Below are positions 27,416-36,331 of a stretch of 64,000 nucleotides of DNA, piece by piece. Position 1 is the first letter of the stretch, and each line of letters starts with the position of its first letter. Position numbers and translations under genes: made by a program. This DNA comes from Clostridia bacterium (GTDB taxonomy: Bacteria > Bacillota > Clostridia > Christensenellales > UBA1242): positions 28,361 through 92,360 of the forward strand of contig JAFTKS010000007.1 of the NCBI GenBank assembly GCA_017453125.1, read 5' to 3'. The notes beneath the pieces are model-generated. The model saw only the letters and a list, made by a program, of their open reading frames with translations, was not told the origin of the DNA and did no database searches.

Positions 27416-28258
27416 ATGGAAATAATAATCGAATATGTAATATTAGATAACTATGTGATGAATTATTTGATTATAAGAATGATTGAGTCGACAATTGGCA
27501 GAAAAATCCAATCTATACGAAAGCATTTGTTATGTGTTTTTGGTGTGATTTTTGCTATTTTGCTGCCATTCTTGAGTAATTATAATTTTTTAATGATTAC
27601 ATATAAGGTGTTGGTTTCTGTAATTCTTGTTTTATTTTTAAAAAAATACAAAAGTATTAAGGATTACATTTTATATTATTTTTTGTTTGTTACATATACA
27701 TTTTTGTTGGGTGGTGGGTGTCTTGCAATTATTTATTTTTTGAATATAGAATACACTGCTAGTTCTATAATTCTTTATTCGTTGGATTTCCCTTTGGGTG
27801 GTTTTGTTCTCTTGCTGGGCTTGCTTGTCAAATTACTCTTCGTATCTATCAAAATAATAAAGAATAAATTTAAAACATCTTGTTATAAATACGAGGTATT
27901 GTTGAATGATGATGGTTGGTCTTGTAAGTGCACTGCGCTATTTGATAGTGGTAATGGGGTGATGTGTGATGGTCAATGTGTCTCTATAATGTCAATAGGA
28001 TTGTTTATGAAATTATATAAGCAGGTTGATATAACAAAATTTTTATTACAAAAAGAAAATCTGGATTTTTTAAGAGGCGTAAAGTATGTTGATATTTCAA
28101 GTGTGGGAGAGACGAAAAAACATTTATCTTTTGTGATAGAAAAAATGTATGTGTCTGGTCAGTGTTTTGAAAATGCTCGGGTCGCACTTGTTATGAAAAA
28201 TTTTGATGAATTTGATTTGATTTTACATAGGGATTTAATTATTAAGGAGGCTGTATGA
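27416..28258 (+). CDS. spoIIGA: Sigma-E processing aspartic peptidase SpoIIGA
   Basis: Multi-TM N-terminal half and a DSGN active-site motif (ALFDSGNGV). It overlaps sigE by ATGA. Start at ATG 27416 after GAGGGTGA. Confidence 0.85.
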   Translation: MEIIIEYVILDNYVMNYLIIRMIESTIGRKIQSIRKHLLCVFGVIFAILLPFLSNYNFLMITYKVLVSVILVLFLKKYKSIKDYILYYFLFVTYTFLLGGGCLAIIYFLNIEYTASSIILYSLDFPLGGFVLLLGLLVKLLFVSIKIIKNKFKTSCYKYEVLLNDDGWSCKCTALFDSGNGVMCDGQCVSIMSIGLFMKLYKQVDITKFLLQKENLDFLRGVKYVDISSVGETKKHLSFVIEKMYVSGQCFENARVALVMKNFDEFDLILHRDLIIKEAV

Positions 28259-28965
28259 AAAGTTTTTTTAAATGTCTAAAAAAATTATTTTGCTCGATTG
28301 GGATTGATGAGGAGAAAATTCTTTTATATTTATGTGGAGGAGAGTCTTTGCCGGACACGTTGTCTGAGGAGCAAGAAAAGGAGTACGTGGCACTAGCAGA
28401 AAAAGGAGATAGTTTCGGTAGGCAAAAACTAATAGAGCATAATCTAAGGCTTGTTGTATATGTTGCAAAAAGATTCAATAATACAGATGTAGATGTTGAT
28501 GATCTTGTTAGTATTGGAAGTTTAGGACTAATAAAAGCAGTTAATACTTATAGAAGTGATAAAAATATTAAACTCGCTACATATGCCTCAAAATGTATTG
28601 AAAATGAGATTTTGATGTATTTAAGAAAGATAAGTCGTCAAAAACAAATGGTGTCACTAGATGAGCCACTTAATATAGATAGCGAAGGGAATGAACTCGT
28701 ACTCTTTGATTTGCTTCCTAGTGATGAGGATTCGCCAATGGAAGATGTTGAAAAAGATACTGAAAAACAAATTCTGTGGAAGGTGATTGATAAACTAAAT
28801 TCTAGAGAAAAGGAAATTATGATGATGAGGTTTGGTTTGTCAGGTGGAGATGAGTTGACGCAAAAGGAAGTGGCGGATAGTTTAGGTATTAGTCAAAGTT
28901 ATATAAGTAGACTTGAGAAAAAGATTGTTGTTAGAATGAAAAAGGAAATATCAAAATTGACATAA
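28255..28965 (+). CDS. sigE: RNA polymerase sporulation sigma factor SigE (pro-sigma-E)
   Basis: Pro-sequence followed by LPDTLSEEQEKEYVALAEKGDSFGRQKLIEHNLRLVVYVAKRF. Region 4 is QKEVADSLGISQSYISRLEKK. spoIIGA-sigE-sigG synteny. Confidence 0.9.
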   Translation: MKSFFKCLKKLFCSIGIDEEKILLYLCGGESLPDTLSEEQEKEYVALAEKGDSFGRQKLIEHNLRLVVYVAKRFNNTDVDVDDLVSIGSLGLIKAVNTYRSDKNIKLATYASKCIENEILMYLRKISRQKQMVSLDEPLNIDSEGNELVLFDLLPSDEDSPMEDVEKDTEKQILWKVIDKLNSREKEIMMMRFGLSGGDELTQKEVADSLGISQSYISRLEKKIVVRMKKEISKLT

Positions 28966-29135
28966 ATTATTGTTTTTACAAAGTGTTTGTGTGTTGAAAT
29001 TTTAATGCATATGTTGCTAGTTGTGAGAAATTATACTAGTTAAATGACAATAATATTAAATATTTTAACAAAAAGTGTCGATTTTGAATAGTTTCAATCT
29101 TTATGTAAAAACTTATACAAATTGTGGAGGTTTTT

Positions 29136-29903
29136 ATGGGAAAGGTTGTAATTACAGGAATTGATACTAATGCACTACCAAAGTTGAGTGGAAAAGAACA
29201 GTTGGAATTAATGAGAAGACTTAAGGCTGGAGATGTTGAAGCGAGAGATGAATTTGCTGTCTGTAATATGAGATTGGTATTAAGTGTTATACAAAGGTTT
29301 AGAGGAAGATGTGATAATACAGATGATTTGTTTCAAGTTGGTTGTATTGGGCTTATGAAAGCGATAGATAATTTTGATATTAGTCAAAATGTGAAATTTT
29401 CCACATATGCTGTACCTATGATAATAGGAGAGATAAAAAGGTATTTGAGAGATAATAATAGCGTTAGGGTGAGTCGTAGTTTGAGAGATACTGCGTATAA
29501 AGTTCTAAAGGCGAGAGAAGAATTAATTAAAACAAATTCAGAAGAACCAAGTGTGGATTTGATATCCGAATTTATAGATGTACCTGTCTCAGAAGTGGCA
29601 ATTGCTTTGGAAGCAATTAGTGAACCAATGTCTTTGTGTGATCCTGTGTATAATGATGGAGATGATACAATCTTTCTTATGGATCAAGTTAGTGATTCGA
29701 AGGATAGTGAAGATAAGTGGATAGAAAACATAAATCTCAAAGATGCATTGTCCAAATTGAATGATAGAGAAAAAGAAATTGTAATGTTGAGATATTATGT
29801 TGGCAAAACACAAATGGAAGTGTCGGAAGAGATAGGCATTTCGCAAGCGCAGGTTAGTAGACTAGAAAAGAATGCTATCAAAGAAATTAAAAAAGCATTT
29901 TAA
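29136..29903 (+). CDS. sigG: RNA polymerase sporulation sigma factor SigG
   Basis: Near-colinear with B. subtilis SigG: VVITGIDTNALPKL, NMRLVLSVIQRF, DDLFQVGCIGLMKAIDNFD, VKFSTYAVPMIIGEIKRYLRDNN. ATG 29136 lies after GGAGG. Confidence 0.9.
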   Translation: MGKVVITGIDTNALPKLSGKEQLELMRRLKAGDVEARDEFAVCNMRLVLSVIQRFRGRCDNTDDLFQVGCIGLMKAIDNFDISQNVKFSTYAVPMIIGEIKRYLRDNNSVRVSRSLRDTAYKVLKAREELIKTNSEEPSVDLISEFIDVPVSEVAIALEAISEPMSLCDPVYNDGDDTIFLMDQVSDSKDSEDKWIENINLKDALSKLNDREKEIVMLRYYVGKTQMEVSEEIGISQAQVSRLEKNAIKEIKKAF

Positions 29904-29907
29904 AAAA

Positions 29908-29956
29908 AGTCTAATATTGGATTTTTGATTGATATTCCAATATTAGACTTTGTTTT
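29908..29956. terminator. Bidirectional terminator between sigG and the convergent zinc-ribbon gene
   Basis: 14-nt arms AGTCTAATATTGGA (29908-29921) and TCCAATATTAGACT (29936-29949), with A-rich and T-rich flanks. Confidence 0.8.
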
Positions 29957-30263
29957 ATTTTGTATTATTGTTGTCGTCATCAGAATGGATTCCGTGGTGA
30001 GTATCCCATTCTTTTTGTTTACTTGATATAATAATTAGATAAATTAAACCAATTGGCCACCATACAATAAGTAGAAAAACAAGCGCAAGTACGTTTATTG
30101 TTGGTCTTGGGCCATTTAGATACTCTTTATTTATTGAGTTGCTAGAATCGTTGGTTTGGTTTGTGTTTCTGTATTCGTGATTACAATATGCACAAACGGT
30201 CTTTCCGTCTTTTGAAACGGTTGTGGCACTAGCTCCGCATTTTGGACATTTATCGTCGCTCAT
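29955..30263 (-). CDS. Zinc-ribbon membrane protein
   Basis: CPKCG...CAYC motif at the N-terminus and one TM (VLALVFLLIVWWPIGLIYLIIIS). Confidence 0.55.
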   Translation of the reverse strand: MSDDKCPKCGASATTVSKDGKTVCAYCNHEYRNTNQTNDSSNSINKEYLNGPRPTINVLALVFLLIVWWPIGLIYLIIISSKQKEWDTHHGIHSDDDNNNTK

Positions 30264-30319
30264 TGGGTTCTCCTTTGTGTATTTTTCAATATTTCATTAT
30301 AATTATATAAAATTATTCA

Positions 30320-31027
30320 TTATTCGTCAAGATTCTTTTGGGTATCAGTTGTATATTCGTTTAGCATTCTATCAAATTTATCAAGCATTGCAAGTGACTC
30401 TTTTGTCATTTTTTCATTTTGGGCAAGATTGTCACTTCTTCCTACTATAATTAAATATTTTAGTAGTTGAATTCCGTCGCCAGATTTGTTTAGTTCTGTT
30501 ATTTCTTCTTGTATTAAATTTGGTGTCAGAGTTCTCCAGTATGGGTTTGTTGTTGGAAAATCTTTTATAAACATAAAAATATCGTGTTTGTCAACAAGTG
30601 TTAAAATAATTTCAGATTCTATTTTGTCAAAATTAAGCAGGGGTAAAAGTGGTTTTGCTATTTCGCAACTTTTCTTGTTATGTCCGAAAAAACTATCAAT
30701 TTTTTCTCCATTTTTTTCTCTAACGATATGTGAATCGGGTTTTCCAATGTCGTGAAACAACATTGTATAAGCAAGTAGTCTTCGTGTTTTATGGTTTAGG
30801 TGAGTGGTTTGTTTGTTCATTTCTTCGATAGAATGTAGAATATGGTCTAATACGTTATACTTGTGCCACGGGTTGTTTTGCCTTTGTTTTGAGCATTTTT
30901 CAAGGTCGGGGATTGTTTCGTTAATCCAAGTTTGAAATTCCTCGTTTGTTGAATATTCGGTGTGAAAGTTTTCTACGACATTAGTGGATAAAATAACTTT
31001 GTCTAGGGTATTTATGTTGTTTTGCAT
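30320..31027 (-). CDS. HD-domain metal-dependent phosphohydrolase
   Basis: H...HDIGKP signature (VLDHILHS ... MLFHDIGKPDS ... FFGHNKKS), similar to the HD module of CCA-adding/polyA-polymerase-type enzymes. Confidence 0.65.
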   Translation of the reverse strand: MQNNINTLDKVILSTNVVENFHTEYSTNEEFQTWINETIPDLEKCSKQRQNNPWHKYNVLDHILHSIEEMNKQTTHLNHKTRRLLAYTMLFHDIGKPDSHIVREKNGEKIDSFFGHNKKSCEIAKPLLPLLNFDKIESEIILTLVDKHDIFMFIKDFPTTNPYWRTLTPNLIQEEITELNKSGDGIQLLKYLIIVGRSDNLAQNEKMTKESLAMLDKFDRMLNEYTTDTQKNLDE

Positions 31028-31204
31028 AATACTTAATATCCTTTTTTGATATTTACATTAAAACATATATTGTATATTAATATTATCACAAAAAGATTTT
31101 TAATCAAATCAAAATTTGTAAATTAAAAAATGTCTAAGATTGTAATTTTGTATATTAAATATTTATGGAATTTAAAATTTTTTGAAAAAAATTACAAAAT
31201 CTGG

Positions 31205-31233
31205 TTGACAAATGATTCGTAATAACATATAAT
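31205..31233 (+). promoter_or_regulatory. Consensus sigma-A promoter of tRNA-Asn
   Basis: TTGACA (31205-31210), a 17-nt spacer, then TATAAT (31228-31233), 11 nt before the tRNA 5' end. Confidence 0.8.
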
Positions 31234-31244
31234 ACTCTTGTTAT

Positions 31245-31319
31245 TCCTCAATAGCTCAATGGTGGAGCAACCGGCTGTTAACCGGTAGGTTGTAGGTTCG
31301 AGCCCTACTTGAGGAGCCA
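31245..31319 (+). tRNA. tRNA-Asn (anticodon GTT), CCA encoded
   Basis: 75 nt folded by hand: acceptor TCCTCAA/TTGAGGA, D arm GCTC/GAGC, anticodon arm ACCGG-CTGTTAA-CCGGT, T arm GTAGG-TTCGAGC-CCTAC, discriminator G, CCA. Confidence 0.9.
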
Positions 31320-31324
31320 ATCAA

Positions 31325-31360
31325 ACTCTATACATTATGTATGGAGTTTTTTTGTTTTTT
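31325..31360 (+). terminator. Rho-independent terminator after tRNA-Asn
   Basis: ACTCTATACA pairs with TGTATGGAGT (one G-U pair), followed by a T-run. Confidence 0.75.
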
Positions 31361-31380
31361 ATATTTATTGTTGGTTTATA

Positions 31381-31483
31381 CGGGCTCGAACCTACGGTTC
31401 GGTCCTGTCGGACCCAGACCGCGACAAGTCGCTCCCGGCTTTGGCTAAAAAATTGCCACCGGCAACTTTTCTTCACGCGTCGC
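31381..31483 (+). other. GC-rich run of short perfect hairpins; unclassified structured element or att-arm remnant
   Basis: GAACC-TAC-GGTTC (31388-31400), GGTCC-TGTC-GGACC (31401-31414), GCGAC-AA-GTCGC (31421-31432), TGGC-N9-GCCA (31442-31458). CGGG (31381-31384) can pair with CCCG (31434-31437). It begins with an inverted 14-mer copy of the tRNA T arm (31382-31395). Confidence 0.4.
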
Positions 31484-31538
31484 CCCTACTTGAGGAGCCA
31501 AAATGAGTCCAAGCAAATTGCTTGGAATTTTTTGTTTT
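31484..31538 (+). repeat. Second copy of the tRNA-Asn 3' end (18 nt identical) plus terminator hairpin
   Basis: CCCTACTTGAGGAGCCAA at 31484-31501 equals 31303-31320. It is followed by the TCCAAGCAA/TTGCTTGGA hairpin and T6. Confidence 0.9.
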
Positions 31539-31591
31539 CCCTATTGAAATCTGCATTGTGTTATGATATCATAATCAATAAGGAGATTTTT

Positions 31592-32023
31592 ATGAAAAAA
31601 ATGGATTTAAAACAAAAACTATGCTTTGAAACTGTTGATGATAGAATTTTGCATATGATTAAAAATGGTTATTACTTGGAGTATGCAGAGTTGGACCATA
31701 TATATAATAATATGGCATATAGGATTAAACCAAATTATAAAAAACTTTGTCATAGCATTATGTCTTTATTAGATGTTATGGAAAATGATGAACTTGATGC
31801 ATTAGTTAAAGTACTTAATTCAGATTTTAGTTATTGGCCTAACTGGAAAATAGATATAAATACATTAGAAGATAGATTTAATAGTTGGACATATACTTGT
31901 AAAAATCCTGAAACTGGTAAGTTTTTAATTTCACTTGCATCTGATATTTCAAAGCAAAATAAGAATGCTAGTTTGAATGCTTTGAAAGATATTCTTGATA
32001 ATGGGAGAGGAGGAAAAGAATAA
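31592..32023 (+). CDS. Hypothetical protein (143 aa), cargo between repeat copies
   Basis: ATG 31592 after AAGGAGA. The upstream part of ORF 31337..32023 crosses the GC-rich/tRNA-remnant region and is not credible coding sequence. Confidence 0.5.
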   Translation: MKKMDLKQKLCFETVDDRILHMIKNGYYLEYAELDHIYNNMAYRIKPNYKKLCHSIMSLLDVMENDELDALVKVLNSDFSYWPNWKIDINTLEDRFNSWTYTCKNPETGKFLISLASDISKQNKNASLNALKDILDNGRGGKE

Positions 32024-32180
32024 TTTCTTGAACTTTCAACCTTTATACTCTCAAAATTCATAAAATTTGCATTATTTTACACTTGTAAATTTTAATGATT
32101 TGAATTGTGAAAAGTGGCTAAAACTCGCCATTAAATAATAATTGCATAACACTTGTGATGCGGATATGCAACAAAACGGG

Positions 32181-32230
32181 CTTGAGGAGTCAAAATGAGT
32201 TCAAGCAAATTGCTTGGACTTTTTTATTTT
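32181..32230 (+). repeat. Third, degenerate copy of the tRNA 3'-end plus terminator module
   Basis: CTTGAGGAGTCAAAATGAGTTCAAGCAAATTGCTTGGACTTTTTTATTTT matches 31489-31538 with 4 mismatches in 50 nt. Weaker similarity, including a TGGC-loop-GCCA hairpin, extends ~70 nt upstream. Confidence 0.85.
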
Positions 32231-32277
32231 GTAAATTTGTAGATATGTGATAATATAATCGATATGAGGAGACAGAT

Positions 32278-32856
32278 ATGAAAGAAACAGAAATAACTGT
32301 ACAGGTTTTTGAAGACGTTGATAAGGTTAAAAATAAATTAATTAATCGTGGTTTTAAGATTGCGGAAGAATTTTTGATGATAGATTATTATTATTCAAAA
32401 TATTCAATAGAGGAATTAAAGGGTTTTGATTATAAAAAATTATTGGAAAATTCTTTTTTAGTAAGAAAGGTATTATCGCAAAGTAAAACCTGTACTTTAT
32501 TGTTATATAAGGATAAGGTTATAGACGAAGATAATAATGTAATTGCTGAACAAAAATATAGTTGTGATATCGAAAATGAAGAGATGGCCTTAAAGATATT
32601 TGAAAGTGCAAAATTGACGTGTTGGTGTGAATTAAAACAAAAATCGTTTGTTTTTACTAATGATAAGGTTTGTTTTGTTTTGCAAGATGTTGAAGATTTG
32701 GGATTGTTTATTGAATATGAAGAAGATGAAGACATCATGATGCTAAATGAATATGAAAAAATTGAAATATTATTAAATAGATTAAAAGCATTAGATTTGA
32801 ATCTTGGGGACAATTATTCTTGTAAGAAAGTATTTATGAAATTTAACAAAAACTAA
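32278..32856 (+). CDS. CYTH-domain protein (class IV adenylate cyclase / triphosphate tunnel metalloenzyme family)
   Basis: N-terminal ETEITVQV strand (ExExK-like), followed by L...GF......Q.DYYY spacing and a ~190-aa size typical of CyaB/CYTH. Called from pattern only. Confidence 0.5.
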   Translation: MKETEITVQVFEDVDKVKNKLINRGFKIAEEFLMIDYYYSKYSIEELKGFDYKKLLENSFLVRKVLSQSKTCTLLLYKDKVIDEDNNVIAEQKYSCDIENEEMALKIFESAKLTCWCELKQKSFVFTNDKVCFVLQDVEDLGLFIEYEEDEDIMMLNEYEKIEILLNRLKALDLNLGDNYSCKKVFMKFNKN

Positions 32857-32984
32857 AGATTATTATATTTCAATCTTTTTACTTAAAAGCGTAATTTGTG
32901 TTTTTTACTGATTAAATTTGTAATTCTTGACAAAAAATAATTTTTATTTTATAATGAATATATATTGTTTATTGGAGGTATACT

Positions 32985-33605
32985 ATGTCTAATATGGACA
33001 AAGCATTTCAAATCAGTGATGCTGGAATTAAAGTGATTTCTGAAATGTATTCTGACCTTTGCGATTTGAATTGTTTGTATAATAATTTAATAACAGGGGA
33101 GAATTCTTCAATTCCTTATTTGAATCCTCGTCGTAAGGAGATTATTGAAAAAACACAATCTCAGAAACAAAAATTTAAAACAAATTTTAATCAAGATGTT
33201 CTTGATATTGGACACAAAATTATGTGTTCGGCTATTGGGGAAATAAAAATAAATGAAACTCCTCAATATTTTAACGAGCTTTTTACTCTTGTGAATAATC
33301 AATCTGCAATTGTTGCTGCTAAGGGTTTTTATTTGTCTCCTAGTGGGCATAAAACATGTAGCGAAACTTCGTCGATTTATGAAGCTTTGTCTCAGACTAG
33401 AAAAAAAATATCGCAAAAATATAATGGCATAGATGAATTATATGCAGAGAATGTTGATTATTTTATAGATAGATATTGTCAATTCTTTTCAAATTCTGAT
33501 AAGTATTATCAGCTTGCTTATGAAGTGACTGATTTGGCTGCAAAGATTTTTACAAATGCAAAAGCATTTAATGCTAATTTGGAAGTAGATAGTCCTAGTC
33601 GTTAG
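32985..33605 (+). CDS. Hypothetical protein (206 aa)
   Basis: ORF with a GGAGG RBS. No recognisable motif. Confidence 0.5.
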   Translation: MSNMDKAFQISDAGIKVISEMYSDLCDLNCLYNNLITGENSSIPYLNPRRKEIIEKTQSQKQKFKTNFNQDVLDIGHKIMCSAIGEIKINETPQYFNELFTLVNNQSAIVAAKGFYLSPSGHKTCSETSSIYEALSQTRKKISQKYNGIDELYAENVDYFIDRYCQFFSNSDKYYQLAYEVTDLAAKIFTNAKAFNANLEVDSPSR

Positions 33606-33798
33606 TATTGGATGTTTTATTATTGCAATTCTAAAATATAGTGTTTTCGTTTATAATAAGATAGTGATTTTTACAAAACCCTAAGCAATGAGCTTGGGGT
33701 TTTTGTAATCTTTTTGAAGATTGGTTGGGGAATTAATTGGAAAATATGCTTTTTTTTGTTATAATTATTTACGTATAAAAGATTTGGGGTATGATTTT

Positions 33799-35121
33799 AT
33801 GACTAAAGAAAAGGAAAGAAATGTTGTAATTCGAAAGTCTAATTTTGAACTTTTAAGAATTTTTGCAATGTTTTTGATAGTTGCCAGTCATTGGGGATAT
33901 ATGACGAATGGTGTAGATATGCAAGTGGCAACGCAATCAAATTATTTATTTTATGCGATGTTTCGTTCGTTTGGTCAGGTTGGTGTTACTTTATTTATTT
34001 TTATATCTGGATACTTTTTGTGTAAATCAAAATTTAAAATTAATTCTTTTGTAAGATTGTTGTGTCAGCAAATATTTTATGTTTTATTAACATTTGGAAT
34101 TGCTTGTATTATAAGACCGATTTTATATGGTGAGGATTTTTTTACTTTCAATAATTTATTGAAGTCGTTGACTATTTTTTCGGGCAATTATTGGTTTTTA
34201 GCGTTTTATTATATTATATTTTTAATTCATCCGTTCATTAATAAAATGATTGAGAAGTTGAATCAAAAACAATTTTTATTTTTGTTGATAGTTCTTTTCT
34301 TTTGTTGTGTAATAATGCCGTCAATAAGTATGAGAGCTTTAAATAACTGTAGTGCATTTGTTTTTTGGATTTTTGCATATTTAGTTGGTTCGTTTCTGAG
34401 ACTGAATCCAAATGTTTTGAAGAATAAATGGTTTACAATTATTGGGTTGGGTATTGCGTTATGTGCGAAATTTCTCTTCTTTTTGTATTTTCAGTACACG
34501 AGTGAATTTAGAAATACGGTATGTTGTTTCTTTATTTCTCTATATATTTTTGTTTTGTTTAGAGATTTGAAAATAGAGAGTAAGTTTATTAATGTTATAG
34601 CGTCTTCGATGCTTGGGGTATATTTGTTGCATGAACCGGAATTTTTGAGATATACTATATGGCAAGATGTTATTGATATGAATTCAATGATGGGTGAGTG
34701 GTATTTCATTTTGGTTTCCATTGGATATACTCTGGGTGTATTTGTTGTTTGTATATGTATTGAGTTGTTAAGGAAGTATCTGCTGGAACGACCAATTTTT
34801 AAAAGAATAGAGAATAAGTTTAATGCAACTTTTGAAAAAGTTAATACATTTTTTCCAACAGTTGAAAATATAGAATGTGAGAACAAAATCCAATTTTTTG
34901 ATTTGAATGTGCTTATTATGATGATGACGATTATTGTTGTAAGCATATTTACTTTAGGTGGTTGGGTAGAATATATATTAGGTGAATATTTGTTCTTGGC
35001 TGTTTCGGTAGTTGTATGGTCTATTTGGTATCTTGTGTATAAAGTTTTTTTAAATACAGATAATTCAAACAGGGATGTTAAAGAAACTAAAAAGAAAGCA
35101 AATAAAAGCAATAATGAATAG
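33799..35121 (+). CDS. Acyltransferase family 3 (OatA-like) integral membrane protein
   Basis: NFELLRIFAMFLIVASH N-terminal signature and about 10 TM helices. Start moved to ATG 33799. Confidence 0.75.
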   Translation: MTKEKERNVVIRKSNFELLRIFAMFLIVASHWGYMTNGVDMQVATQSNYLFYAMFRSFGQVGVTLFIFISGYFLCKSKFKINSFVRLLCQQIFYVLLTFGIACIIRPILYGEDFFTFNNLLKSLTIFSGNYWFLAFYYIIFLIHPFINKMIEKLNQKQFLFLLIVLFFCCVIMPSISMRALNNCSAFVFWIFAYLVGSFLRLNPNVLKNKWFTIIGLGIALCAKFLFFLYFQYTSEFRNTVCCFFISLYIFVLFRDLKIESKFINVIASSMLGVYLLHEPEFLRYTIWQDVIDMNSMMGEWYFILVSIGYTLGVFVVCICIELLRKYLLERPIFKRIENKFNATFEKVNTFFPTVENIECENKIQFFDLNVLIMMMTIIVVSIFTLGGWVEYILGEYLFLAVSVVVWSIWYLVYKVFLNTDNSNRDVKETKKKANKSNNE

Positions 35122-35152
35122 CGTGGATTTGTGGAAAAATAAAGGAGTAATT

Positions 35153-35581
35153 ATGGTTGTATTAGCTTATGATCACGGAGCACGAGAAATGTTCCTAAAA
35201 ATAAAGAAATATTTAACTTTGCATAATATTGAATTTGTAGAGTTTGCTAGTGAGGAATATGATGCTCTTGATAGTTTTGCAACGTTTGCAAAGCAAGCCA
35301 ATGAATATGTAAAAAAAGGTTATATAGGAATATATGGTTGTAGGTCGGGCATTGGTATGTCTATGGCTAGCAACAAGGCAAAAGGTGTTAGGGGGGCTTT
35401 GTGTATTGAGCCGATTTTTGCCGAAATGTCGAGAAAGCACAATAATGCAAATGTGTGCATACTTCCTTGTGATTATATTTGTTACAGGCGTGCAATTAGG
35501 ATTATAAATACTTTTCTGAATACTGAATTTTTAGGTGGCAAGTATCAGGATAGAATTGATGAACTTGAATTGATAAAATAG
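35153..35581 (+). CDS. RpiB/LacA/LacB-family sugar-phosphate isomerase
   Basis: VLAYDHGAREM and GCRSGIGMSMASNKAKGVRGAL motifs. Start at ATG 35153 after AAAGGAG. Confidence 0.7.
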   Translation: MVVLAYDHGAREMFLKIKKYLTLHNIEFVEFASEEYDALDSFATFAKQANEYVKKGYIGIYGCRSGIGMSMASNKAKGVRGALCIEPIFAEMSRKHNNANVCILPCDYICYRRAIRIINTFLNTEFLGGKYQDRIDELELIK

Positions 35582-35632
35582 AATATTTGATAAAATTACT
35601 TCATAGAATTTCTTAAAAGATAAGGGAATTAT

Positions 35633-36331
35633 ATGAAGTTTATTTTTTTTCTATTAATTATGGTGATTGGTTTGAGTGGGTGCGGACATTCTCAACTTGA
35701 GAGTATGATTTTTGATAATATTTCTGAGGTTAGAGAGTTTGTATTATTTGGTGAAGATGAAAAGTTATCGGCTAGTTTGATGTGTGGTAGAAGAGAATCT
35801 GATTATGTGATAAATGGTTATCATACGAGTTTGGTTGATTTTGGGGTTGTTACGATAACCCTTGGTGACAATGTGACAAAAGATTTCAAACGTGCTCAAT
35901 ATATTCTTTATGTGGGAACAGAAATATATAAAGGGGATTTTGAGATTAATCCATATGATGAAACGCTTGTTGCAGATATAAAAAAGATAATTGATAAGTC
36001 TGAGAATGTGAGTGTTGATGTTATTCTAGATAAAGAGAAAATATCTTCATTAAAATTGAAAAATGTTGATAAGGATTGGATTATAACTTGTAATGATTGT
36101 ATTAATATTTTATCAAAAACCTATAAAAAGGAGCTGAAGAGTTTAATTCGTGATGGCGAATTTTGGGGTGAAGTTTATGTTAAAATTATAACGGATAGAA
36201 AAGCACAAGATGTGAAGAATTTTTTCTTTTATGCAAATGTTGTTGGTAGGAGTGGGGAAAATCTTTCTATGGTGATTTGTCCGTTTACGGGAGAGGTTCT
36301 TGCGAGTAATTGTAATATAAATTTATCTTAA
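35633..36331 (+). CDS. Lipoprotein, unknown function
   Basis: Signal peptide with lipobox GLSGC. Confidence 0.6.
   Translation: MKFIFFLLIMVIGLSGCGHSQLESMIFDNISEVREFVLFGEDEKLSASLMCGRRESDYVINGYHTSLVDFGVVTITLGDNVTKDFKRAQYILYVGTEIYKGDFEINPYDETLVADIKKIIDKSENVSVDVILDKEKISSLKLKNVDKDWIITCNDCINILSKTYKKELKSLIRDGEFWGEVYVKIITDRKAQDVKNFFFYANVVGRSGENLSMVICPFTGEVLASNCNINLS

Noticed and set aside
29007-29038. Forespore-type (sigma-F/G) promoter for sigG: GCATA (29007-29011) ... TATACTA (29032-29038)
   Set aside because: The spacer is 20 nt, longer than the 15-18 nt of the consensus as I remember it, and the -10 match is partial. This is too weak to annotate without transcription start data.
31370-31502. 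The GC-rich segment as a second tRNA gene or pseudo-tRNA, on either strand
   Set aside because: No 5' acceptor strand (TCCTCAA) is present to pair with the duplicated TTGAGGA. On the minus strand the T-arm halves (GTAGG / CCGTA) do not pair. The hairpin loops are only 2-4 nt, so no anticodon or D loop can form.
31503-31547. Mini-ORFs MSPSKLLGIFCFPY (31503-31547) and MSSSKLLGLFYFVNL (32195-32242), each preceded by GAGGAG
   Set aside because: The apparent Shine-Dalgarno is simply the tRNA acceptor-stem sequence. The conserved codons coincide with the terminator hairpin, so the conservation is explained by RNA structure rather than coding.
31309-31591. ORF-track entries 31309..31506 and the N-terminal 85 codons of 31337..32023
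   Set aside because: They read across the tRNA 3' end, its terminator and the GC-rich hairpins. They have no RBS. A proper RBS and ATG occur at 31592.
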